Shown: piece by piece, positions 10,754 through 22,900 of the stretch
How positions within the stretch are numbered: the first letter of the stretch is position 1
How the letters are laid out: each line of letters starts with the position of its first letter
Origin: Amoebophrya sp. A120
Taxonomy: Eukaryota; Protista; Dinoflagellata
Assembly: GCA_905178155.1 (NCBI GenBank)
Contig: CAJINV010000006.1
Location: 3,501,402-3,565,401 of the forward strand
Direction of reading: 5' to 3'
DNA: 64,000 bases
Position numbers and translations under genes: made by a program
The notes under the pieces: generated by a model
The model's database searches: none
The model's input: only the letters and a program-made list of their open reading frames with translations
What the model was told of the DNA's origin: nothing

Positions 10754-13078
10754 TCACGCCGCTATCAGAATCAACACGACGGCGACCACCAAAATCAGAA
10801 ACGACACTACACCCAAAATCTTCAAATTTTTCTGCAACTGGTAATCCGGATCTGCGGCTTGCTTTTCCTCGAGTTGAATTATCGCGTTAGCGAAATCCGA
10901 TACTTGCCACCATCTCTCGTACTCGATCCTTTTCGACTTGCACATCTTCTTTAACTTGTTGATGTCGTACTCCTGCAAAGCCTGCATCTATCACAGGAGA
11001 AAAGTCGTGTTGCAGTTACACATTATTGTTGGTGGAGTTTCTGCATCACAAAGTTGCTCGAAATGGCAAGAAAGAAAGCCTGCGATGCCCAGATTACAAG
11101 GGGAAACACGACGAATGAATTTGAAATGAGGTTGCTAGGCATTTCCTGCATGACAGAGGTTGTCTGTGTTGCTTGTCTCCCATCAGAGTATGTAACTGTA
11201 ACACTTGTTTTCTCTCACGATAGCATCCGTTTCTTCCTCTGCACCAAGTATTTCTCTCCTCTCGATTGCGGTCCCGCGTAGGTCGGTGCCTGGTCGTCGG
11301 AGTCTTCGGGGGTTACCTGAACAAGTTTGTCATGCTACGATCGCATGATTGAAAAGAGAGGTTTGTCATGCTACTCTCACGACCACCCGAACAAATCATT
11401 ACATGATTGTACCTGGTCCCCCCTCTTGCAGCAGATGCACCACTTGTTCCATTGCCTTCTTCTCCTTTCGTCGTCCGCCGCCTTCGCATCCGCAGCGAGA
11501 ATTACCCTTATCAGCTCCTCGGAGCTGTCTTGGTTTGAAACATCCAAAATTCCGGCAGATTATGAGGGCGCACAACTCCCCGTCCCCCTCACTTGTCATG
11601 CAAAATGCCAAAGCCACGCTTTGCCGCTTTGCACTGTTTGCATGACAAGTTTGGGCCTCTCAAATGGCACTACCTTCCTGTGCGAATTACTCATGCAAAA
11701 CCTGCATTCTTGCTGATGCTTGTATTGCTGGTTATGTCAGCACACAAATGAAGGGGAGGGGGGTTGTGCACTGTCATACAGATCGCGCTTCGTCCCGAAG
11801 CTGTTCCAGGGAGAGACGCTCGAGCGACTGGCGGAGTTCTTTCTGGATGTCGGTGAATTTCAGACCCTCCATGTTGCCCTGAAGAGAGGTTATTTAGGTT
11901 GCGTTAGTAAACCATGTGTAATGTTGCTGAACATGATGAAATAAAGGCTCCCTGTAGAAGTTCTTGATATTGATATCCGTAATCTGCATAAGCTTGTCGA
12001 TTCCTGCTCATGCAATACAAATCTTATCAGACCTCCGACCTGTATCAGCTTGTCCTTGCATTTCTTCAATTCCGCTTCCAATTCTGATTTTTTCGTTTTC
12101 GTTTCCCCACCACCCTCCTCTGCCGGTATGAACTGTATCGCCCTCTCGTAGCTGTTTTTTGCGTCTGCGTACTTTTCCAGACACTGTTCCGCCCCGGCCC
12201 TTCTGGACCACCCTTTCCACCATTTTGGATCCAACGCCGTGGCCTTCTTCGCATCGGCTAGTGCTTTGTCGTATTGTTTTTGAAACTATGCAATGTAAAT
12301 TTCCTGTACATGTAAAAAATGCATGACAAACTTCGCTACCTGGCAGAGGCCAACTTGTCATGCTGGACTAGGATCGAAGGCAAGTTTTGTCATGCAGAAA
12401 CCGCATTTGTACCTACGTCGTGTACAGGAAATTTACTGTGGATAGAAACTGGTAACACGCGGCGCGGTTGGAGAAAAGGATGGCGTTGTCGGTTTTCACA
12501 TCCTGTGCAAAAGTATCGCACTGGTATAAATGCAAGTCTTGTGTGCATTACAAATCCTTTTCTAAAGGGAACTCCGCATTCCAACTTTTACTTCTCATGC
12601 TGAGGAAAATTTGTAATGCATTTATACGACTACGATACTTGTTTTGCAGTTCATATTTCAGTTCGATAGCTTTGGAAAATTGCTCGATCGCTTTTTCGTA
12701 CTCCTTTTTCTTAAAATGCTCACTTATGGAAGTGTCAGAATCGAAATTCATTGGCAAAATCAAAAAATTTGTGATGCACAAAATCAATGCTAGTTGGAGC
12801 CTCAGTTTTCAAGTGGCGCATGACAAATTTCGGGAGCACCCAAATCCAGTCTGTCATGCTGTTTGGGCAAAGAAGGCTGCTCCTGTCATGCTACTCTGGC
12901 AGCACATTGCATACCCCTAAAGAGGCTTACACTCGGTCTCATATGCCTGCTCCCCAGTACAGGCCTTCAGTGCTCTACATTCTATGCATCACAAGTTTTT
13001 CGATTTTGTCGATTTCGATCCTGGCACATCCATATCATTCCCATTCTGCTTATGCTGCTCCCAAATTTCGGACGACAT
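10754..13078 (-). CDS. TPR-repeat co-chaperone-type protein (HOP/SGTA-like carboxylate clamp) with C-terminal transmembrane anchor
   Basis: Spliced MSSEIWEQHKQNGNEHFKKKEYEKAIEQFSKAIE...AILFSNRAACY...YDKALADAKKATALDPKWWKGWSRRAGA...; ends LKILGVVSFLILVVAVVLILIAA*. Contains both introners and GT-AG introns (e.g. 11317-11412). Confidence 0.82.
11561..11778. mobile_element. Introner family 7 (about 215-225 bp)
   Basis: TATGA..GYGCACAACTCCCC...GGGGGTTGTGCACTSTCATA, TSD CAGAT; others near 16348, 31655 and 53745. Confidence 0.9.
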
Positions 13079-13928
13079 AGTGGCGGCGGCGGAGGTTGTA
13101 TAGTGCCCGCTGTGGAGGTGGAAGCAGGAGAAATTTGTCTACTTGCGCGGATGAGGATGGCGGTGTGTGTGTGTTCGCGCTTGTGTTCTTGATGGTGCTC
13201 CTGTTACTAGAACTTCTCAATCTTTCACCAGGAGAGCAGGCGTGATTTGTGTCTCCTTCGAACGAACAATGGATCTAGTTGGTATCGTGCGGAAGAATTA
13301 CCGGAAGACAACAGCAACCGGTTATTTTCCGCGGGTGCGTCCGGACAGAAACAGAATCGATGGTGTGAAGAGTGTGACCCGAACTACCGCAGAAAGAATC
13401 AATGTCAGCTCATGTTTTTCCTGAAGCAAGCACAAGTTGTTGATGAACTCAGTTGTACCAGCGCCAACAGCTTAACTAGTTAGAAGAACTTCTATCTGCT
13501 CATCTCTCACTGTCCAAAACAACTAGACAAACTTTCTGACATATCTCCGCCCCTCATTTCTCTCGAAGTCACTACAGAAAACTGGTACTGCCGACCGCGT
13601 ACCATAGTTGCCTCGTAGCTCTGGAGAGGCACCATGCGAGCATGGGAGTACTGTGCAAGCGGAAAAGGATCGAATTGGCGCTGAACAATGCGGCGGTCTT
13701 AAGTTTTCGAAGCTTGTGCGCGTCTGCATCCGCTCCGGCCAGCGTTTTGCGTTCGTGATTGATGTACAAGGACGAATGCTGATACAAATCAGCAAAGATG
13801 TAATGTACAGAAATGAAATGTCGCGTAGAAGAGTTCACAAATGTTGTCGCCGTCGCCCAACGTGGATTTACAATATGTGGTTGTTGCATATGTATTCATG
13901 AGAGCCGTGTAATACTAGTCGCTAGAAT

Positions 13929-16900
13929 TCATTTGTTCTTCCTCTTATTCCTCTTCCCCCTGTTCTGTTTTCCCGGGCTTGTGCTTGCAGCAGTACTTCT
14001 TGCAGGGGTCTTTTCCTCAACGTCGTTGGTTCCTGTAGAAGGCGGGTCCTTTTTCAATACTGAAGCTGATGCAGTGTCCTGTAAGGCTGAGTCAACGACT
14101 TTTGGCGTCGTCCTACTCACCCCGAGTTCTTGATCTCCCGCCCTCGAAGAAGACGCACTCGTCGGCGGTTCCACAGAGCTAGACACGACTTCGTGGTCCT
14201 CTCCATCATGCGACGCGATCAACTCCGCTTGGTTTAGTATTGGTTCCTTTTCCGGTGAGGACACGCGGTCTAACCGTAAAGGAGGCACGAGGTTCTGCTT
14301 TGAGGATGTTCTGTTCCTAATGTCCTGCTCTGGAGTGGTGCCTGTTGTGGTCTTTATGCCCCCTACCGGAGCAGTAGTTGCCTCTGCAGCGTTATTCATT
14401 TTCGACGGACTACTTGCAGCAGGCGTTTGTTACCCTGTGGTCGGCCACACATCCACTACTGAAGCGGAAGAACGTCGCAGGGTCAATTTTTTCAGGGACA
14501 TAGATGAGTTCTCCTTTGTCATTTGTTCTCCCCTCGCAGAGGAGGTTGCGGAAGACGCCGAGCTGCTGGTTGAGTAGATCAACGGTTTGTCGAAAATATT
14601 TTCATCCCTGCTGTGATCGCCAGAACTCCTTGCCCGCTTCAGTTTGTCATGCGATAAATTCGCGTTCGACAGTAGCATTTCTTCTGACGGCAAGTCGTTC
14701 GAGGAAGACGTGTGCTGCGAGTCCGCTAGGGAGTTGCTGCTGGTTTCCTTCTGCATTGAGGGGATTTGGATAATTTGCTTGATGTTCGTCCTCTCGTCAT
14801 GCATGGAAACGCCAGACCTATCGTCTACTATTCTTGTCGAAGTAGCTCCATGCTTATCTCTCCAACCGGGGAGATCGTCTAGATGAAACGTTGGCTATGC
14901 ATTGCACAAGCATCGTACTAGTAGAAATCGCATTTACAAATTCGGCCAGCATGACAAATGGAATTTGTCATGCTGTTTTGCCTTGAAAAAGAGATTTGTA
15001 GTGCATAAATGCAATGACTACGAGTACGATACTTTTTCACAGGATATTGTCTCATAGTCGTTCTCCGCAGCTGAAGATCTCAACAGCTCTTCTCGTAATA
15101 GCTCGTCGGAAGAGGATTTCAAATCGAAATCGCGCCGCGGTTCTTGTCTTGCTTGTTTTTTGTTGCCATAGTCGAGGACTGGTGAAGGACTGTTGACCCC
15201 TCCAAGATCACTTACCACCTGCTTCACATGGTCAACGCAAGAGCTTATCGGGATCACGTTTATCCTGTGCAAAAGTATCGTAGTCGTACTAATTGCAGTC
15301 AAGCATTACAATTTCTTTTCTTCAGGTAAATCCGCATGACAGATTGTATTTCTCATGCTGAGGAAATTTGTAATGCATTTAATATACGAGTACGATACTC
15401 TTGCAATGCATAACGTTGTCTCCTGTGCAAGAAGACCCGGCGCTCATCTGCTCTGCCGCTACTCTCGACGCCAGCGTGTTTTCTGTCGATCCTAATTTAC
15501 CGAGCAGGATCGGCATAGAAGAAGTAGTAGTGCTGTTGTTCTGGCTGCTCGGCTCTCCTTCTACAACATGACTGGAAGACGACAGTGGGGCACTGGATAA
15601 AACCGGCTCATTAATCGACGTGGCGTAATTATCCGTCACGACCGGCATTATGGTCGGCAGCTCCAGCCTGAAGGGCGTTGGCGTCACGTCTCTACTCCCT
15701 GACAGCTGCGTCATCGCACCACCGGGTGGTGGCGTCATTTCCGGGGAGGGTGGTCCGGACGTGTCGGCGCTGTCCTCATTCATCCCTCTCGTACTGAAAC
15801 CACCACCACCGTCCCTCATACTCACATCCGGTCTGGGACTAACTGGCGGGCTTGGTGGCGGCCGTTTCAAAACGTATTTGTAAAAAGCGGGGACGTATGC
15901 AGTGCAGAAGTATCGTACTCGTACGAATCATCTCAATCATGCAAGACAAATCGCCTGACCAAGCTAAATCAGCATGGCAAATTGCATTTGTCATGCTGCG
16001 CTAATTTGTATTGCGATAATTCCTAGTATAGTACTAGTACGGTACTTGTTTTGCAATGCATAATATGATCAGCCAGTCGACGAATTTCTTCAGTCCGGAA
16101 AACTCGTAAAACATCAAGAAGTATTCACTAACCCACCGCCACCAACCTAAACTCCGGCCGGAAACCGGTATCCCCCAAATAATCTTCGACTGCATGATGT
16201 CAAACACCGTCGCTAAAATTGCCGTTGTGTCCAAGTTCGCGAGTAGCGGGTAGATCGTGCCGTGAAGGAAGAACAGTAGGGAGATTATCGGGTCGAAGAA
16301 GAAGTTTTTCACCGGCCGCACGAAATTCATCAACGAGTTCCACCAGGTATGACTGTGCACAACTCCCCGCCCCCCTCATTTCTCATGCAAAATCCACAAT
16401 TACAGTTGCTCCCTTGCGTCACTATTATGCATGACAAATTTCGAGAGCCCAAACAATCAACTACAGTAGGTACACAAATTTGTCATGCACAGGCTCCACC
16501 AGGGTCGCTGGCGTTTGTATTGCTATTCGCGCAATACAAACGAGGGGGAGGGGGGTTGTGCACTGTCATACCTGGCTCTCAAATACGTGAGAAATTCGTC
16601 TATTGGAATCACGAAGATCCAGATTAAATGAAGCGTGTTTGCAAAAGAAAACGCCTAATTGGCGGGCGATTCGAACTTTTCCAAAACTTTTCGTTTGACT
16701 TTTCAGGATTTCAGGGTATTGAAAACGATTTGATAAAGCGAGTCAGAACGAAAAAACGCAACGAAGATACTCCAAGTAGCGACAGAACAGGGGCGCCTGC
16801 GAGGTCTTGGGCGCCGACGCCTCCTCTTGTCCCGCGGGTGATCGGCGAAGCCCGAGCGACCGCCTTTCAACCCGCCGAAGCGTGCGCGCGCCGGGCACCC

Positions 16901-19900
16901 GCCGACCGCACCCAGCCAACGGCTGCCGGCGCGGGCGCCCTAAAGAAAAAGGCCATGACCGCCCATCGCACCCACCCGCCCCCCCCCAGGCCCGGAAGGC
17001 CTACCCGGGAACGGACTAGGAGGAGGGCTACCGACACAGGGAAGGGGGCCGGTCCGCCAGACCCTAAACCCGACGCAACCGGGCACCGGGCAGCACGCGC
17101 CCTCGCCAAAAAACGCGCGCGCCCAAGCCTCACAAACACCGCGAACCACGGCGCTCCCCCGCGCCTCCCGCCGCCGGCGGGCCGCCACCGCGAAACGGCC
17201 CGACCCTGGCAGCTTTCTTAATGCAAAGCAACCACCGGCCAAAAGCTGCCGGCGGTGCGTGCTGCTGTTTCGCGCTTTTCCACATGAGGAAGATCAAAGC
17301 GCGCCAGCCTGTTGGGCTTTGTTTGACTTCAACGAACCGCCGGCGCCGGGTTCTATCGGTCGCCGGCTGATAATACTCTCGACACAGGAGGGCCGACAAA
17401 GAAAAGGGGCACCCCGCTGAGGCGCCGGCCGCGTGGGGTTCTGGCGATTTGGGGCGCGCAAAAGAGCGCCCCAAAAAACTCGCGGCAAATCAGAAAAGCG
17501 AAGCCACACGACAGGGCCGGGGCTCCGTTCGGAGCATTTGGCCGGCCGCGAAAGCGGCCGCCACCTTTTCGCCGGTTTCTATGTGGCGGAAGCTTTGCAA
17601 AGGGTGCCGGCGCGCAAAGAAAAAACACAGAAAAGCAAAAGCGCGCGAGGCCAATCCCCATGCCATGGGACCGGCTTGCCTTCGGTTTCAGGGCGCTCCA
17701 CCGCGGCGCCCGGATCGGCCCCATACCGCCAGGGGTAGCTTTCGGACAGGGGTTCTGAAAATTTGGCAAAGAAGTGCCATGCTTTCCAAAAGACGGCCAA
17801 GCCACACGGCATGGCCATACCAAAAGCGGCACGGGGGGGCCCAGAAAAAGGACGCAGTGGCTGGCCAGGGCAACGGTCGGCGGGCAAGGCAGCCAGCGGC
17901 ACCGACCTCACCACCTCCGCCACGGAGGCTATATTTGGCACGCTGGGCACACGCAGCAGCGGCTTACCGTCCGACAGCCCCACACGTAGCAAGCAAACAG
18001 GCCCCGAGGGTAACTAAGCTCCCACGACGCCCCCTCCGCTACGTCGCACGCAGGGGCGCAGTTCCGCCCGTGCACCAACCACATCGCCCGGCGCCCCAAC
18101 ATGACTCGCCCCGCCCGAAACGGTGTCGAGCGTGCCATGCGGTCCGACGTCGGACCGCGCGGTATGCTTGTCGGAAAAGCAAAACAGCAAAGGCACAGGC
18201 GCCCTGGCTGACCAGATAGAGACGAAACGGATCGCCCAATCCCGGCCCACAGGGTGGGGCGCAGGGCGAGCGAAGGGCGAGACGAGCGATGGGTGGCAAT
18301 CGGGCCGCCGGCACGTAGGAAGTAGACCCGCGGCGGCGCCGCCCGGTATTCCAGGCGCGCAGGCAGGCCGGCGGGGCCCAACATGCAGGCGCCCCCCCAT
18401 ATCAGAGGGTGGGAGGCCCCCAGGCAGGCCGGCTCCGGCCGGCTGGCGCCTGGCGGATGCGGCGGAATCGCTTCGGCACCCCAATAACACGCCTCCCCCG
18501 CCCGGGCTCGGCAGTGCGCCGGCGCCACGCCCGCGCGGCTGTTGCCGGCCGGCACATTGTGGCCCCGGTCTAGGTCGGTCGCGGGCGGGGGGGCGAAGGA
18601 ATGGCGCGGCCGGGCCGGGTGTTCCTTCCGTCTATGGGTTTGGGCAAACCGACGCCAACTCCAGCGGCGCCCGGGCCCCCGAGAGCCCGCCGGCCGCCGC
18701 AAGTGTGGAGCACGCGGAGCGCATGCCCCGAACGCGCCCCGAACGGCGCAACGCGCCAAGTTCAGGGGGTCGGTAGCAAACGCCGAAGCCCGGGCGCCCT
18801 CTCTTGGTTCGCAGCAAGCTACACGCGCACCGGCGCCCCCGGGGCGTGAATCCGCTGCCCGGTGGCGCATGCGACAACGTAGCGCCGCCCGCCCGCCGGG
18901 GCGGGGCCGGCCGCTTGCCTGGCTACGCCCGTGCGCAATAACCGCAGGCGTGCCTGCCGGGGGGCTGTGCCTGCCTCTTTTCGGGCGCAAGGCAGCCGCC
19001 CGAGGGCGGCCCGGCTGGCGGGCAGGAACAAAGGGCAGGCGCCGGGCGGCGAAGCTTTTCCGCCCCTCTACCGAAAACTCTGCCGGATACTTTGCCGAGA
19101 ACTTGCCGAAAACTTTCCCCCGAACTTTCCCGAAAAGTCGGCGAAAACCTTCCGCGAAACCTTCCCGAAAAATTCTCCCGTTTAAAAGTCGACCAAAAGT
19201 TACAGACCGGGAGTTGAAAAGTCATCCAAAAGTTTTCGAGTCCAAAAATGATCCCGAAGCGGGAAAGTTCGGGGGAAAGTTTTCGGCAAGTTTTCGGCAG
19301 GCTTTCGGCACTCAGGCAGAAGATTTCGTCGCGCCCTCAAAAGCCGAAAAGCCGGAAGGCTTGCACATCCGCCAGGCTTGCGAAGAATCCCGCTGCCCCC
19401 CCCCTTTTCTACATGGCTGAGGCGGTCTCCCCGAAAATGGGGACAGAGCCTCCTGGGCGAACTTATTGCGCGCGCCGGCGCGGCAACATGTGAGTGGCGC
19501 CCCGCGCGCGCCCCTGCTGCGCCGGCGCCCTTTCTACTCGCGAAAAGCCGGCCGCGCAAGGCCGCCGCGACCGAGGCGGAGCACTCTGGAGCGGCGGCAT
19601 GGTCTCGCCGCTTTGTATGTATGTAAGTGCGGGGGGCCGGCGAATATGAAAGAGAAAGGGGCAGGCCGGACGGCCTCTAGCTAACGCCCAAAGAAGGGCG
19701 CCACGCAAAAACGTGAGGCGCGGGCAGCTCCACCGAAGCGCGCCACGCCATGCGGCCCGAACGTGCGAGGCCGGGCCGCGCGGCGTGCTGCGCGCCTACT
19801 TCAATGCGCCAAATATTGCCGCCGGGGCGGAGATAATGAGGCCGGCGCCGCTTCTTTGCCCGCCGACCTTGGCCCACGCCACTTTTTTGTTTTTTCTGGG

Positions 19901-22900
19901 CCCGCCGTGCCGGGGTGGGTAAGGTTATGCCGCACGGTATGGCGGCCGGTTGGGGAAAATGGCAGACATTGGGCAACTTGCCAAAACGCCTTCCCGAAAG
20001 CCAACCCCGATGCTATCGGGCCGACCCGGGCACCGCGGGGGGCGCCCAAAAACCGAAGGAAAAGCGGGCCCATAGAATGCGGGCTGGCTTCGCGCGCTTG
20101 GCGCGTTTCTTCTTTTTTGCGTTGTTTATTATTTTTCGCGCCCGCGCCTTTTGCAAAGCTAGCGCCCCCCCGCTGAGAACCCGGCAAAAGGGCGGCCGCT
20201 TTCGATTCGCGACCGGTTTCGCGGCCCTGCCATACGGCTTCGCTGTTCTGGCTTCGGGCGGGTTTTTTGGGGCGCCCTTTTGGGCGCCCCAAGTCGCGCG
20301 CCAGAATCGCACGCGGCCGGCGCCTGAGAAGGGTGCCACGTTTGCCGACCCCCCTACGTCATTTTTTCAGACAGTCTTTCCCCCGGCGGCCGACTGAGCC
20401 CACCGGCGACTGCATTCATTGAAGTAAGACAAAACCAAATAGGCGGGCGCGCTTGGGTTTTTTTCATCTTCAACATGCGAAAAAACGCGAGCCAACGCCC
20501 CAAGCCCCCGGCCGTTTTTGGCGGTTCTTGTCGGGAAAGCTGCAGAGATACAGCCGGCCCACGGGGTCGCTGCGGTACATCCTACAAGAGAAGGCAAACC
20601 ACCCAGGCACGCAGGCTCGTGCTGGAGGGCAACATACCAGAGGGGCCACGGGGCCCCCGCCCGCCGGCTCGCTTGTGGGGCGGGCCACCCGGGGGAGTTG
20701 CGTTATCCATTTCCTGAACCAAAGAACACCCCACCGGGGAAGCCCACCCAACCGGGGGAGGTCGGCCCCACATCGCGACGCGATGCCGCACGCACGGACG
20801 GCCTGGCGCGTGAGGCTGGCCCACCATCGCGCACCATACCATGCGGTCCGACGTCGGACCGCATGGTATGCTGCCTCTTTGCTTCTCTCGTTCAAGCAGG
20901 CGAAGCAGAATAGACGGGCAACCGAAAAAGACAGGTGGCGCCACCACAGCGCGCCACAGACCCATATCACGCGCCGGCCATCGGGGTGGCCCCCCGTCCG
21001 CAGGCCCTTGACACTTCTGCCACCGCTAGCGAGACGAGCGGAGGAACCGCCTCTGCCCGTTGGTTGCAAAAGGGGGGCGCCTTTGGCGCGCGCTTCGGTC
21101 GCGTCGCGTAACCGCGGAAAGGCGGGCAGGAAACAGACTGCCGGGGCGCGACAGCCTCTATTTTGTAAGAATGGGCAAGCGGCGGGCCAGAATGTAGGGG
21201 GCTGAAGGTACGTAGGACAGGCAGCGCGCGGCCGGCGTGCCATCCAAGACACCGCGGCGGGGCGGCGCGCCCATTCGGTTTCGGGCCCTGGCAGTGGCAG
21301 CCAGTGCCATTGCTTATTTAAAAGGCGCTCAGGGCGAAGAGGGCCGACGCGCCCCGGCATTTCCGAAGCGCGAGGCGGCGATCAACATCCGGGCGAATAC
21401 TGAAAGGCCAAAGGCCAGCGCCCTCGCACCACTTCAAAAGGTGCACAAAATGCGCACAGGGCCCCACAGCGCTCGCGAATAATCGCGAACAACCGACCAC
21501 GGAGGCGCTGCCCGTCCGATGCGCGGCGGGTGGCATTTCCCGCAGCCTGCTTGGAGGCGTCGATCAAAATGGGAGGCAGCTGGCGGGCACACGCCGCGGC
21601 GAAGAGGTGCCGCCCTTTCATGCTCTGCCACTCCCAAAGTGCGGACTTACCAGCAACAGGCAGCACGGTCCAAACAATTTTCGCAAAGCATGGATTGCCG
21701 ACGATCAAAATAGCGATTTTGCCAAAAGTCAAAGTAAAAGTTTTGGAAAAGTCGCTATCCCTTTCCAATTAGGCGTTTTCCTTTGTAACGTGTAGGATAA
21801 CGTCGCGAAGACGAAGTTCGTCAAGTACAACACCGTGTCGCGGATAAACCCGGGGGTGTAATACAACGCAATCGCCGCTGTGTTGTCCCCGAACCACTGT
21901 TCCGCTTTGTAACTCGCGTACGAATCGCATTTTCGTAAGAAATATGGATTGCAAATATGTGGTCTGTTTCTGAGCGAGTACAAACTTGTGCTGCGCACTT
22001 GAGGACACAGAAAAATCTCTCATGCATAGGTAGCAAAAGATGCCCACTTTCTGTCACCAAAATTAAATGGGAGATTTGTCCTGCGGATTCGGCATCATTG
22101 CGAAAGCTTCCTGAAACCTGTGATGCTAGAGCTCCCATGCCAGACCTTCTGGGTCATGCAAAAACAGCATGACTCTTCCAGACCCAGACACTTTTGCACT
22201 TCATAAGAAAATCATGATGGGGTCGGTTTCCAGGCGGCCGAAAAATTGCACCTTGTGGATGACGAACTGGTAGAAGTGGTATCCTGTGCAAAAGTATCGT
22301 ACTCGTAGTAATTGCATTCATGCATTACAAGTTTTTTTCTCAAGGGAAATCCGCATGAAAGATTTCATTTCTCATGCTGGGGAAATTTGTAATGGATGCA
22401 TTTATACGATTACGAGTACGATACTTTTGCACAGCATAAGTGGTGCACCGCGGCGATTAGGAAGCAACAGGGAAGCAAAATGTCCAACACCCAGATGATC
22501 CACCGTCGGATGTTCTTGCTGTTGTACACCCGGGAGGGAAGCAGAGCGGACAAAACGTACTCTACGTAGTACCCGCCAACGTAGATTTTTTCGTCTAAAT
22601 GCTTCAACTTCCGCTTCATCCGACTTAGCTCATTCAGCTCGGAGGAGTCAAATGCTTTGCAAAAGTATCGCACTCGTAGCAATTGCATTTATGCATTACA
22701 AATTTCTTTCTCAAGGTAGATCAGCATGACAAATTTAATTTGTAGTGCTGGGCTAATTTGTAATGCAATTTATACTTAGTGCGATGCTTTTGCAATGCAT
22801 AAGTCAAACGTGAAGACGATCGGCTCTTGCGGTCTCGGAAAAAGAACCTTTATAACCCGCTCAGGTGTTACAATCTCAAACGTTGCAATAGAATATGGAA

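Larger units (their letters stand above)
16639..21788. mobile_element. 5.15-kb TIR element with 5-bp TSD inserted in a coding sequence; decayed GC-rich interior
   Basis: Left end TTGCAAAAGAAAACGCCTAATTGG...ACTTTTCCAAAACTTTT..TTTGACTTTT. Right end (reverse complement) TTACAAAGGAAAACGCCTAATTGG...ACTTTTCCAAAACTTTTACTTTGACTTTT. TSD CGTGT at 16634-16638 and 21789-21793. Confidence 0.9.

Noticed and set aside
14430-14432. Genome-wide stop-codon reassignment
   Set aside because: The other long exons are open under the standard code, and genes end in TAA, TAG or TGA
17449-21360. Long ORFs of 250-350 aa in the GC islands (also 2309-3202, 55336-56502, 58079-59356)
   Set aside because: R/P/G/A-rich, overlapping in several frames and without motifs; expected where AT-rich stop codons are depleted
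16639-21788. GC-rich islands as bacterial contamination or misassembly
   Set aside because: The two large islands are bounded by TIRs and exact TSDs inside host genes whose frames resume on the other side
21943-22205. Hybrid intron with an introner 5' end and a canonical AG 3' end
   Set aside because: A degenerate left TIR (TATGGATTGCAAATATGT) and TSD AGAAA are present; it is an ordinary family-1 copy
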